A stretch of DNA of 64,000 bases, from positions 32,001 through 96,000 of the forward strand of contig CAVXVB010000011.1 of the NCBI GenBank assembly GCA_963765205.1, read 5' to 3'. Positions 46,040 through 55,437 of the stretch are shown piece by piece. The DNA comes from an uncultured Verrucomicrobiae bacterium (GTDB lineage Bacteria; Verrucomicrobiota; Verrucomicrobiia; Opitutales; JABDGR01). The notes beneath the pieces were generated by a model that did no database searches, had not been told where the DNA came from, and worked only from the letters and a program-made list of their open reading frames with translations. How positions within the stretch are numbered: the first letter of the stretch is position 1; every line of letters begins with the position of its first letter. The position numbers and the translations under genes are program-made.

Positions 46040-46945
46040 TCACCGCACAAACACCAAATCGCACCATTCTCCCAGCACGCGACAATCGCCAAAACCAGCC
46101 AGCTCGTCCACCAAGTTGCGCTGCCACAACTTCGCCAGCACCGGGGCAAACGCTGCCCGCACATTCTGGACTTCGGCGGCCAGAATGCCGCTCATCGCCA
46201 GTGTTCCGCCCGGCGCCATCGCCCCCGCCAATTCATCTGCGTGCAACGCCAGCACGTCCGCCTGAATGTTGGCCAGCAGCAAATCCGCCTGCCGCCCGCG
46301 CAGCGCCGCCTCAATCCCCGCGTTCATAAATTCAATGGCGTCCTCCGCCAATCCGTTTGCCGCCAGATTTTCGCGCGAGACCGCAATCGCCTCCGGGTCG
46401 CGGTCAAAGGCCAAAACATTTTTCCCGCCCAGCAGCGCCGCCGACAGCGCGAGAATGCCGGAGCCGCACCCGGCGTCCACCACCCGCGCCATGGCAAACT
46501 TTTCCGGCCCGCACGCCGCCCGAAAATCCAGCAGCCGTTGCGCCATCAGCCGCGTTGTCGGGTGGTCGCCCGTCCCGAAGGCCAGCCCCGCGTCGAACAG
46601 CAGCCGCGTGTGGCCCGCCGGCAGCGCGTATTCGTCCTTCAGCCACACCGGCACCCAATGCAAATCGCCCGCCGCCCACGGTCGCAGATGCGCCTTGTAA
46701 GCCTCTTTCCAGTCGCGGTCGTCCAGCGCGGTTTCCTGAGGATGCTCTGGCAGCGCCGGAAACGCCGTGCGCAACTCCGCCCAGGCCGCGCGCGCTCCGT
46801 CGTCGTCGCCAAAAAATCCCATCAGGTGGAAAACCGCGCCCGTGGCATCCACGTCCAACACCCAGGGGCAGCGGGTCAGCCCGTTGCACCACTCTTCGAG
46901 GGCTTCGACCTGCGGCGCGGCAACTGCGGTGCGTAATTCAATCAT
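46040..46945 (-). CDS. prmA: Ribosomal protein L11 methyltransferase
   Basis: DWKEAYK, GLAFGTGDHPTT, DAGCGSGIL, LANI, SGIL. Confidence 0.9.
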   Translation of the reverse strand: MIELRTAVAAPQVEALEEWCNGLTRCPWVLDVDATGAVFHLMGFFGDDDGARAAWAELRTAFPALPEHPQETALDDRDWKEAYKAHLRPWAAGDLHWVPVWLKDEYALPAGHTRLLFDAGLAFGTGDHPTTRLMAQRLLDFRAACGPEKFAMARVVDAGCGSGILALSAALLGGKNVLAFDRDPEAIAVSRENLAANGLAEDAIEFMNAGIEAALRGRQADLLLANIQADVLALHADELAGAMAPGGTLAMSGILAAEVQNVRAAFAPVLAKLWQRNLVDELAGFGDCRVLGEWCDLVFVR

Positions 46946-47535
46946 AAAAATTTACCCATTGATAAATCAGCGATCACCCCCGGCAGCAGTGCGTGCTCCG
47001 CGGCGTGCACTTTGGCCTCCAGCGTTTCCAGCGTGTCGCTCGGCGCAATCGCAACGGTCGCCTGGCGCAGAATCCGGCCGCCGTCCACTGTCGCGGTGAC
47101 TTCATGCACCGTACAGCCCGTCGCGGGCACGCGCGCCTCGCAGGCCTGCCGGATGGCCTCCAGCCCCGGGAACGCCGGCAGCAAACTCGGATGCAGGTTA
47201 ATGATCTGGCCCGCGAAGGCCCGCAAAAACTCCGCCTTGAGCACGCGCATGAAACCCGCCAGCACCACCAAGTCCGCCCCCCACGCGCGAATTTGCGCGA
47301 TGTAGCGCTCCTCCGCCGGGCCTTCCAGCTTGGTCTTGAACGGCGCGGGGTCGAGATACAACGCCGGCACGCCGTAGCGCGGCCCCAGTTCCAAAATCCG
47401 CGCCCCCGGCTGGTCGCACAAAATACCGGCCACTTGCGCCCGCCCCAGCCGCCCGGCGCGCTGCGCCGCCAGCACGGCCTCGGCGTTGCTGCCGCGCCCG
47501 GAACCCAGCAGGACGACGTTAAACGGAGATGACAA
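46942..47535 (-). CDS. purN: Phosphoribosylglycinamide formyltransferase
   Basis: SGRGSNA, LAGFMRVL, NLHPSLLP, GCTVH, VDGG, EH; TTG start at 47535 assumed. Confidence 0.9.
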   Translation of the reverse strand: MSSPFNVVLLGSGRGSNAEAVLAAQRAGRLGRAQVAGILCDQPGARILELGPRYGVPALYLDPAPFKTKLEGPAEERYIAQIRAWGADLVVLAGFMRVLKAEFLRAFAGQIINLHPSLLPAFPGLEAIRQACEARVPATGCTVHEVTATVDGGRILRQATVAIAPSDTLETLEAKVHAAEHALLPGVIADLSMGKFL

Positions 47536-47540
47536 AATTT

Positions 47541-47575
47541 GTTTCGAGTTTCGAGTTTCGAGTTTCGAGTTTTGC
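47541..47575 (-). repeat. Heptamer tract immediately upstream of purN
   Basis: GTTTCGA x4 + GTTTTGC on plus; same unit as the waaA and cheA tracts. Confidence 0.85.
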
Positions 47576-47773
47576 CCATCCCATGGCAAGCGAAAGCGCG
47601 CCAAATTTCTGATTGCTGAATTCCCGCTCCCATGCTTGGGCCATTCTTTCAAACCGCCTCAATCCGAAACGCGGGCTAAAGTACCGCGCTGCGAAATGCC
47701 GGATTCCAACACCAAACTACGCACAACCGATTTTTCACGAAATCCGCCGCCGGGAACCTTTCCCGCTTCGGCA

Positions 47774-47802
47774 TTGTCTTGCATGAAACAACCCCCCATA
47801 AT
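47774..47802 (+). promoter_or_regulatory. Candidate sigma70 promoter for a leaderless msrB transcript
   Basis: TTGTCT-17 nt-CATAAT, 6 nt before ATG 47809; no Shine-Dalgarno. Confidence 0.45.
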
Positions 47803-47808
47803 GGCATC

Positions 47809-48504
47809 ATGGACTTTTCGCCCGCCCGCGTCCTGCTCATTCCCCTTGCCGGGGCCTTGCTCCTCGGCGCGGGCTTCTGGGGTGTTTACGCCGCCCAGAC
47901 TTCCACCCCGCCGCCCGCCCCCGCCAACGCCACCACCCTCGCCATGACCAGCGCCAACCCCACCGCCGCCTGCCCGCCCGACGGCCTTTCCGCCTGCGGC
48001 CTCCCCTCCAACGTCGTCATTGACATGGCCAAAGCCACCGTCCAGCGCACCGACGCCCAGTGGCGCAAACTCCTCACCCCCGATCAATACAACGTCGCCC
48101 GCCAGCAAGGCACCGAGCCGCCCTTCCAAAACGCGTATTGGGACAACCACGCCGACGGCGTCTATTTCTCCATCGGCAGCGACACCCCCCTCTTCGACAG
48201 CCGCGACAAATTTGACAGCGGCACCGGCTGGCCCAGCTTCACCAAGCCCCTCGACCCCGCCTTCGTCGCCGTCACCAAGGACACCAGCTACGGCATGGTC
48301 CGCAACGAAGTCCATTGCACGGTGGACGGCGACCACCTCGGCCACGTCTTCGACGACGGCCCCCCCGACAAAGGCGGCCTGCGCTACTGCATCAACTCCG
48401 CCTCGTTAAAATTCATGCCCCGCGCCGAATACACCCTCTGGCTCGCCGCCCATACCCCCGCCGCCGCGTCAGCCACTGCGAGCGCCCCGCCCGCCAAGAA
48501 ATAG
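47809..48504 (+). CDS. msrB: Peptide-methionine (R)-S-oxide reductase with export signal
   Basis: [36 protein letters not shown]; hydrophobic N-terminus. Confidence 0.93.
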   Translation: MDFSPARVLLIPLAGALLLGAGFWGVYAAQTSTPPPAPANATTLAMTSANPTAACPPDGLSACGLPSNVVIDMAKATVQRTDAQWRKLLTPDQYNVARQQGTEPPFQNAYWDNHADGVYFSIGSDTPLFDSRDKFDSGTGWPSFTKPLDPAFVAVTKDTSYGMVRNEVHCTVDGDHLGHVFDDGPPDKGGLRYCINSASLKFMPRAEYTLWLAAHTPAAASATASAPPAKK

Positions 48505-48543
48505 CTGTAGGGGCGTCGCTCGCCGACGACCCTGATCGAGCTT

Positions 48544-48666
48544 TTCACCGCTAAGGCGCCAAGGTCGCCAAGAATAAATTCGGTCAATTTTGTCCACCCA
48601 GGCGCGAAGTGCCGGGAGTGATTCTGTCCCAAAACCCCCCTCTGCCCTTCGCGCCTTAGCGGTGAA
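48544..48666. repeat. Palindromic MITE/REP-like element, copy 2
   Basis: TTCACCGCTAAGGCGCCAAGGTCGCCAAG ... CCTTCGCGCCTTAGCGGTGAA. Confidence 0.8.
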
Positions 48667-48820
48667 TTGCCTTGGGCTTTCAAACCAACGCCGGGACAAC
48701 GAGGTCTTTTGCCTTTGACAGAACCCGCCAACCGGATTGTATTTGCTCCTACCCACGGCTGTTTGCGCCCCGGAATTTCTCCGCCCCCGCCCGCTCGCGC
48801 CACCCCTCGTCTGGCCTCCC

Positions 48821-51679
48821 ATGAGCTTGCTCCTGCCTCCTGCCGCCCAATTCGGTAGAAGAATATGGCGTGCGCTGAAAATAGTGCGGAACTGGGCCAT
48901 GGCATTTGTGATGGCCGGTTTGTTCTGGGCCGTCCCCGCATTCGGGCAAAATGTGTCATGGACAGGGAACACAAGCACCAACTGGAACACGGTGTCAAAT
49001 TGGAGTTCGGCCAGTGTGCCAGGATCCAGCAGCAATGTTACGGTTGACACGAGCAGTGGCAACCAGCCGGTTATAACGGGCGGAAATTACACCATCAGTA
49101 ACATGTATGTCGGCAATAAGGCAATGAGTGGTAATACTTCTCTTGTCGTTCAAAATGGAGCGATCTTAAACTTCGGGAACGGGGGCCTTGCCATTGGAGA
49201 AAGCAACGGGTCAATAGGAAACGTCACGGTTTCAGGTTCGAATTCAGCGATTAACCTCTCAACCATTTTAGAAGTGGGTTTTATGGGAACGGGAACCTTG
49301 ACGGTAAGTAACGGCGCCACGTTAAATACCGGTGGCGGCAATCCATATCTCGGATACAGCACGGGTGGCTATGGCACTTTGCTGGTCACGGGTAATGGCT
49401 CGAGTTTTATAAACACAAATTCATTCGGTATGTTTTTCGGCGGCGCGCAGGGAAGCGGAGGCGGGGGAAGTTTTACGGTTGCCAACGGTGCCAGCGCGTC
49501 CCTGACGGATATTCGTGTTACATCAGGTAACGCATCAACCTCCTATCTCACCGTCACCGGCGCAAACTCCCAGTTGGTGTTGAGTGATTCACTGCGCATT
49601 TTTGGGGAATATTCGCAAATTGTGTATACGGTATCGAATGGCGGCAATTTTACCTGTGGCAACATCTCCATTCAAAATGCCACAGTGACCGACCCAGGCT
49701 CGCTTTTTGCCATGGTAGGTCAGGCCTCTGTTAGTCCTGGCAATTTGACCATCGCCAATGGGGGAGAATTCATGGTCGAAGCGGGCGGTTCAGTTTCGCT
49801 CGATGGGACTGCTCCGGACAACGGCACTATAAATTTGAATGGCGGCACGCTGCAAGTCGGTGGTATAGACGGCATCGTGGCGAACAGCGCCAATTACGCC
49901 TTCAATTTTGGAGGGGGCACTTTGCAGGTGGCCGGCAGCGATCTCTCGGCTTCAATAAATGCGACCCTAATCGCCAACACCACTTCAACCATTGACACAA
50001 ACGGATTCAACGCTACTTGGTCGGGCCTCCTCGGTGGTGCCGGCGGAATCACGAAAATAGGGAACGGAACACTCACTCTGGATGGCCTAGACACCGAGAC
50101 CGGGAAAGTGACTATCAATGGCGGCACCATTTTCCTTGGCGATGCCAATGCCCTTGGCAACCCCGACATGCTCGCCGTCAATCTTGGTGCGCTTGATCTG
50201 AATTCCCAGAATATCACCGTAAGTTCGCTGTCGGGCAACTTCGGCGGTAACGGTCGTATCACTGACAGCAGTAGTGGCAACGGCACTACTACCGTAACAG
50301 TAAATGGCACTGTGGACTGCACCTATTCTGGCACTATTTCGAATGGCCCCAGCAAAACGGTGGAGTTAATCAAAGCCGGGACAAATAATCTGAGCATGGG
50401 CACGGCTCCGGATACTGTGGTCATTAACGGTGGGACGCTTACCCTAGGCTCGGAGACAAGCAATACAAGCAATATTACTGACAATTCTAATTTAGTATTT
50501 ATGCCGGAGGGCCATAACGCGATGATTCAAGGCTCGATTTCGGGCGGCGGCTCTTTGACGTTCAACTTAAGTCTAATGACTGGCGCCCTGTATTTTGAGG
50601 CCATCGACACGTTTACAGGCAATACAGCCATTAATGCCGGACAGATTGTTTTATACGATAACATCTCTTCGCTCGGCGGTAAAGTGGTTGACAATGGCAC
50701 CGTGAATATTTTTCAAGGCCAAGACGAGAGCTTTAATGGCGACATTTCCGGCAGCGGGGGCTTGGTTTACAGCGGCGCCAACCCCACGCCCACCGATGCC
50801 ACGCTTACCTTTTATGGCAATATCACTTATACCGGTAACACCCTCGTCGAAGGCGGCACCTTGAATTTCACTCAGGGCTTTACTGTCGCCAACGGTGCTA
50901 CTTTGTCGGGAAGCGGCAGCATTGACGGTGCGATTATAGTCAACGGCACATTAGGTCCAGGTTATGGCGGCGGGGTCGGCTCTCTGACATTCAGCCAGAA
51001 TTTAACCCTCGGCGGCACCGCAACCTTAAATCTGCAAATCGGCGGCACGACTCTCGGGACTCAATACAGCGCCATCAACGTCGCCGGCAATCTCATGCTC
51101 GGCGGCACGCTCGCGCTGACTTTTATCAACGGCTACACTCCCACGCCCGGAACGACTTTTAACTTTTTTCAGGTTGGTGGCGGAGTGACCGGGTCGTTTG
51201 CCAATGTCACCCTGCCGACGTTGAACAGCAACTTGGCGTGGGACACCTCCCAGCTTGCCGCCACCGGCAATATCTCCGCCTCGGCCATCAATTACACGCA
51301 ATGGACCGCCGTGGTCGGCCTGTCGGGCAACAACGCCCTGCCCGATGCCACGCCCTTCAACGGCGAGCCGGCGAACGTCATCCGCTATGCGATGAACCTC
51401 GACACCATCCCCGCGCCCAGCGGCGCACCCATCCTGTCCACCGCCACCCTCAGCGGCGCCAATTACCTGACCCTCCAATACCGCACGCGCAAGGACATGA
51501 GTGATTACCAGTTGGTGCCCCAGTCCTCGACTGATTTGCAAACTTGGACGGACGTGGATGCCGGTAACATCACGCAACTCCCCGATGCCGACGCCTACAC
51601 CGCGCAGTTCCAGGCCAGCGCCGCCCTCCCGGCCGACGGCCCCGTTTTCCTGCGCGTCGTGGCCGAGCCGCTGCCGTAA
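48821..51679 (+). CDS. Secreted beta-helical protein with autotransporter-associated repeats and no beta-barrel
   Basis: Signal peptide ending AFG; G/N/T-rich repeats (GTLTVSNGA, TKIGNGTLTL, YTGNTLVEGGTL); C-terminal QSSTDLQTW...FLRV domain; start uncertain. Confidence 0.82.
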   Translation: MSLLLPPAAQFGRRIWRALKIVRNWAMAFVMAGLFWAVPAFGQNVSWTGNTSTNWNTVSNWSSASVPGSSSNVTVDTSSGNQPVITGGNYTISNMYVGNKAMSGNTSLVVQNGAILNFGNGGLAIGESNGSIGNVTVSGSNSAINLSTILEVGFMGTGTLTVSNGATLNTGGGNPYLGYSTGGYGTLLVTGNGSSFINTNSFGMFFGGAQGSGGGGSFTVANGASASLTDIRVTSGNASTSYLTVTGANSQLVLSDSLRIFGEYSQIVYTVSNGGNFTCGNISIQNATVTDPGSLFAMVGQASVSPGNLTIANGGEFMVEAGGSVSLDGTAPDNGTINLNGGTLQVGGIDGIVANSANYAFNFGGGTLQVAGSDLSASINATLIANTTSTIDTNGFNATWSGLLGGAGGITKIGNGTLTLDGLDTETGKVTINGGTIFLGDANALGNPDMLAVNLGALDLNSQNITVSSLSGNFGGNGRITDSSSGNGTTTVTVNGTVDCTYSGTISNGPSKTVELIKAGTNNLSMGTAPDTVVINGGTLTLGSETSNTSNITDNSNLVFMPEGHNAMIQGSISGGGSLTFNLSLMTGALYFEAIDTFTGNTAINAGQIVLYDNISSLGGKVVDNGTVNIFQGQDESFNGDISGSGGLVYSGANPTPTDATLTFYGNITYTGNTLVEGGTLNFTQGFTVANGATLSGSGSIDGAIIVNGTLGPGYGGGVGSLTFSQNLTLGGTATLNLQIGGTTLGTQYSAINVAGNLMLGGTLALTFINGYTPTPGTTFNFFQVGGGVTGSFANVTLPTLNSNLAWDTSQLAATGNISASAINYTQWTAVVGLSGNNALPDATPFNGEPANVIRYAMNLDTIPAPSGAPILSTATLSGANYLTLQYRTRKDMSDYQLVPQSSTDLQTWTDVDAGNITQLPDADAYTAQFQASAALPADGPVFLRVVAEPLP

Positions 51680-51704
51680 TGGAGCGTTTACCAATCCAAG
51701 GCAA

Positions 51705-51799
51705 TTCACCGCCAAGATACGAAGGGCGCAAAGATTAAAGGCTGTTAATTTTGTCAAAAAAAAAAACTTCCTTTGCGCTCGTCGCGCCTTCGCGGTGCA
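51705..51799. repeat. Palindromic MITE/REP-like element, copy 3
   Basis: TTCACCGCCAAGATACGAAGGGCGCAAAG ... CTTTGCGCTCGTCGCGCCTTCGCGGTGCA. Confidence 0.8.
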
Positions 51800-51893
51800 T
51801 AGCCTTGGAAGCGCAAAGCCCCCCACATAAAGCGCCCCACCGCGATTTTTCGCATCGCCCTCGGGCGGTTCCTTCGTTCTATAATGGGGGTTC

Positions 51894-52835
51894 ATGCCCG
51901 ACGCCGACCCAGACCAACCCCCGCAAAGCCCGCCTCCCGGCGAGGCTGCACCGGATGCGCCCTCGACCGAACTGGTCGGTTTCCGCGGCCTCTTTGGCGG
52001 CAGTGGCGACGACGACGGCGACGAGGGGTCATCCGCGCCCGGGGGCCGCCGCCGCAAAAAAGCCCGCTCCGAGATGGGCTTTTTCGACCATCTTGAAGAA
52101 TTGCGCATGACCATTCTCAAGTCCGCCTTCGCGGCGGCCATCGGCATGGGCATTGTGGGCCTGTTCTTTCACAAGTTTCTCACCTTTCTGCAAATACCGT
52201 ATCAACTCGCGCTCGGTCCGGACGCCGCCGCCCACCCCCTCAACAGCGGGCCGAATCCGATGGGTACGGTTTCGATGGTCATTTCGGCTTCCATTTGGGG
52301 CGGCGTGATTTTGATGCTGCCGGTCATCGTTTACTTCGTGGTGCGCTTTGTCGCGCCCGGGCTGACGTTGAAGGAAAAGGGCATGCTCAAGCCGGCGCTG
52401 GCCTCCGCCATGGTCCTGTTTTTCGCCGGCGCGCTGACCTGCTTTTTCATCATGCTCCCGGCCGGCTTGCGCTTCGCCTTCAAGTTGAACGAGACCCTCG
52501 GCGCCATGACCCTCTGGAGCCTCCAGGAATATTACTCGCTCGTCATCTGGGCCACCCTCGCCGTCGGCCTCGTGTTCGAGTTCCCCCTGATTCTCGTGAT
52601 TCTGCAGGTGCTCGGCGTCCTGTCCCCCGACACGCTGCGCGGGGGCCGGCGCTACGCCATCGTCGTCATCGCGGTGGTCGGCGGTTTGATCGCCCCGTCG
52701 CCGGACGTGTATTCCATGCTCATGATGATGGCGCCGATGCTCATCCTCTATGAAGGCGCGATCATCGTCGGCGCCCGCCTGCGCAAGCGCCGCCTTGCCG
52801 CCGAGGCCCGCCGCGCCGCCGCCAACGCCGGCTAA
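51894..52835 (+). CDS. tatC: Twin-arginine translocase subunit TatC
   Basis: FFDHLEELR, FVAPGLTLKEK, GLVFEFP, RRYAIV, PSPD, LYE. Confidence 0.93.
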   Translation: MPDADPDQPPQSPPPGEAAPDAPSTELVGFRGLFGGSGDDDGDEGSSAPGGRRRKKARSEMGFFDHLEELRMTILKSAFAAAIGMGIVGLFFHKFLTFLQIPYQLALGPDAAAHPLNSGPNPMGTVSMVISASIWGGVILMLPVIVYFVVRFVAPGLTLKEKGMLKPALASAMVLFFAGALTCFFIMLPAGLRFAFKLNETLGAMTLWSLQEYYSLVIWATLAVGLVFEFPLILVILQVLGVLSPDTLRGGRRYAIVVIAVVGGLIAPSPDVYSMLMMMAPMLILYEGAIIVGARLRKRRLAAEARRAAANAG

Positions 52836-52904
52836 ACCCGCCTGCTGCCGCCGCATTTTGGCCGTGACGCCGCCCGGCCCTTCCCGCAATATATCCAACT
52901 CCTT

Positions 52905-53700
52905 ATGATGAAACCCGGATTGAAATGGATGCAATGGGCCGCGTGGCTGGCCGCGCTGGCGCTGGCCGCGTGCGGCGGCAGCCCGACCCCGGTCAAGGTC
53001 ACGGCGGACTGGCTGACCAATCCCGACGAAGCTTTTCAAACCGCCGTCCAAAAAGGCCGCCCCGTCTTCATCGCCTTCGTCGGCTCGGACTGGAGCGACG
53101 CCAGCCAGGGCATCACCAAAGACGTGTTTGACACCCAGACCTTCAAGGATTTCGCCGACAACTATCTCGTGCTGCTCCGCGTGGACCTCGCGCGCCACCC
53201 CGAAATCCGCCAAAGTTGCCCAGATCAGCGAGACGCTGGCCGAAGGCGTGGGAGTGGACGGATTGCCGACCACGATCTTGTTCGACCCGATGAATAAAAT
53301 CCGCATCGGCAAGTTTAATGGCTACGAAAGCGGCGGCCCCACGCCCTACCTTCAGCATCTGGTTCAGAGTTTGCGGCAATGGCAGCAGACGTTGGCGCAG
53401 ACGCCGCCCGCCGGGGCTCCCGGGGTGTCGGGCGGCGTGCCGCAATTGTCCACCCCGCCGCTCGCGTTGCCGGGGGGCGCGCCGGGCGTGTCGGGCATCC
53501 CCGTGACCACGCCGCAAGACCTGGTGATGCAACAGGCGCTGCAAGCCGCGCCGATGCCCTCGTCGCTCTCGGCCACGCCGCCCGCCGCGCCCATGCCCAC
53601 GCCGGAGCAGCTCATGCAGCAATCAGCGCCACCGGCGCCCGCGCCCGCGGCCGCGTCGGCCACCGATCTGCCGCTGCTGAATACCAATTCGCTCAAGTAA
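52905..53700 (+). pseudogene. Thioredoxin-fold lipoprotein without active-site Cys; frameshift near 53190-53205
   Basis: Lipobox LAAC; FVGSDWSDAS; VLLRVD in one frame, then TPKSAKV..GVDGLPTTILFD in the +1 frame; Pro-rich tail. Confidence 0.7.
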
Positions 53701-53867
53701 GGCCGCGCGCGGGGGAGGGTGGCGAACCGGCGCGCAAAACACGAATCATCATCCGCCGGTTCTGCGTCGTTTTTTGCCCAAGCCACAATTGCGGGAACAA
53801 TTTATTGCGGCGGCTGTTTGAGAGCATACGCCCGGCGTCGTCGCCCGCCCCGCGTCCCGCGCGCTCC

Positions 53868-54563
53868 ATGAAAACCCAGCACCCATTGCTCCAGGTCGCG
53901 ACCTCCGCCCTCCTGTTCGGCGCGCCGCTGGTGGTAAGCGCTGCGGATGCCGCCGCGAAATCCGCTGCCGACGCGTCCGCCCCCATCCACTTCCCGCTGC
54001 CCAAGGCGACCTCGCAGGACGCCGCCGCCTCGTATCAAGTGGACAATTACAAACTGCGCCCCACCGACGTGATCACCGTGGACATTGCGGATGATGACAA
54101 GGCCAGCCACGACTACTCCATTTCCGTGGACGGCACGGCGCTGATGACCTATCTCAGCCAGCCCGTCAAGCTGGCCGGCCTGACGGTGGTGCAAGCCGTC
54201 GCCGCCGTCAGCCAAGCCTATAAAGATGCAAAAATTTTTGCCCAACCGCAAATCACCCTCACAGTCAAGGAATTCTCCCCTCGCCGCATCAACGTGCTTG
54301 GCGCAGTGGGCAAACCCGGCCCCATTTACCTACCCCCGCAGAAAGACCTGACCCTCGTGGCCGCCATCACCGAAGCCGGCGGCCCAACGTCCAAGGCCGC
54401 CACTACCGTCAACATCACCCGCGTCAACCCGGACGGCACCACTACAGTGCTCAAAAACGTGGACCTCAAGGGCGCGGTGCAGGATGCCAGCAAGGACATT
54501 TCCCTGCAGGAAGGCGACACCATCTTTTTGGGCGAATCCCTTTTGGGTGCCGGCTGGCAGTAA
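53868..54563 (+). CDS. Polysaccharide export protein (short Wza/OPX, Poly_export + SLBB), copy 1
   Basis: YKLRPTDVI, ISVDGT, INVLGAVGKPG, AITEAGG, LQEGDTI. Confidence 0.85.
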   Translation: MKTQHPLLQVATSALLFGAPLVVSAADAAAKSAADASAPIHFPLPKATSQDAAASYQVDNYKLRPTDVITVDIADDDKASHDYSISVDGTALMTYLSQPVKLAGLTVVQAVAAVSQAYKDAKIFAQPQITLTVKEFSPRRINVLGAVGKPGPIYLPPQKDLTLVAAITEAGGPTSKAATTVNITRVNPDGTTTVLKNVDLKGAVQDASKDISLQEGDTIFLGESLLGAGWQ

Positions 54564-54671
54564 TCCCGCGCCGCCCAAACCGCCAGCGTCCCATTTTGCT
54601 GTTGCCTCCTGCCGGTAAATTCAATAGCCTCTTCCCCTTTGGAGAAACGATTATCCCGTCGTTGGACTACT

Positions 54672-55391
54672 ATGAAAACCCCTCGCACCCTCCTCTTACT
54701 TGCGGTCTCCGCTGTTCTGTTCGGCGCGCCGGCGGCCGCCCTGGCCGCGAATGCGGCCAAGCCCGCGGACTCCACACCCGCTCCCGCCGCCACCAAATCC
54801 ACGGCGGCCACTCCGGCGCCCACCCCGAGTTCGCAGGACGCCGCCGCCTTGTATCAAACCGACAACTACAAGCTCCGCCCGACGGACATCATCAGCGTCA
54901 ACGTGGTGGATGATCCGAACGCGACCCATGATTACCGCATCAGCGTGGACGGCACGGTGCAACTCGTTTACCTCGATTCAGCCCCCGCGCTCAAGGTGTC
55001 CGGGTTGACGATTGCGGGCGCGAGAAGTGCGATCACCGCGGCCTACGTGGACAATAAAATTTTCATCCGTCCCTCAATCACGATTGATGTGAAGGAATTC
55101 TCCTCCCGCCGCATTAATGTGCTCGGCCAGGTCGGCAAGCCCGGGCCCGTTTATTTTCCACCAGAAAAGGACATGACCCTCGTCGAAGCCGTCACCGAGG
55201 CTGGCGGCCCGACGGAAAAGGCGGCCGCCACCGTCAATATCACCCGCATTCTCCCCGATGGCACCACCACGGTCCTCCACGATGTTGACCTCTATGGCGC
55301 GACGAAGGACGCGAAGAAAGACATTCCCCTCCAGGAGGGCGACACCATCATGCTGGGTGAATCCGCTTTTGCCAACGTCTGGCAGCATTAA
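54672..55391 (+). CDS. Polysaccharide export protein (short Wza/OPX), copy 2
   Basis: YKLRPTDII, ISVDGT, INVLGQVGKPG, AVTEAGG, LQEGDTI; colinear with copy 1. Confidence 0.85.
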   Translation: MKTPRTLLLLAVSAVLFGAPAAALAANAAKPADSTPAPAATKSTAATPAPTPSSQDAAALYQTDNYKLRPTDIISVNVVDDPNATHDYRISVDGTVQLVYLDSAPALKVSGLTIAGARSAITAAYVDNKIFIRPSITIDVKEFSSRRINVLGQVGKPGPVYFPPEKDMTLVEAVTEAGGPTEKAAATVNITRILPDGTTTVLHDVDLYGATKDAKKDIPLQEGDTIMLGESAFANVWQH

Positions 55392-55437
55392 TTAACCACT
55401 GCGGTCGCAAATATTTTCACCCACCATCTCCGCCCTC

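Noticed and set aside
47536..47652. Long N-terminal extension of PurN containing NSKLETRNSK
   Set aside because: Precedes the conserved first strand and consists largely of the heptamer tract; more likely untranslated with a TTG start at 47535, although translation cannot be excluded
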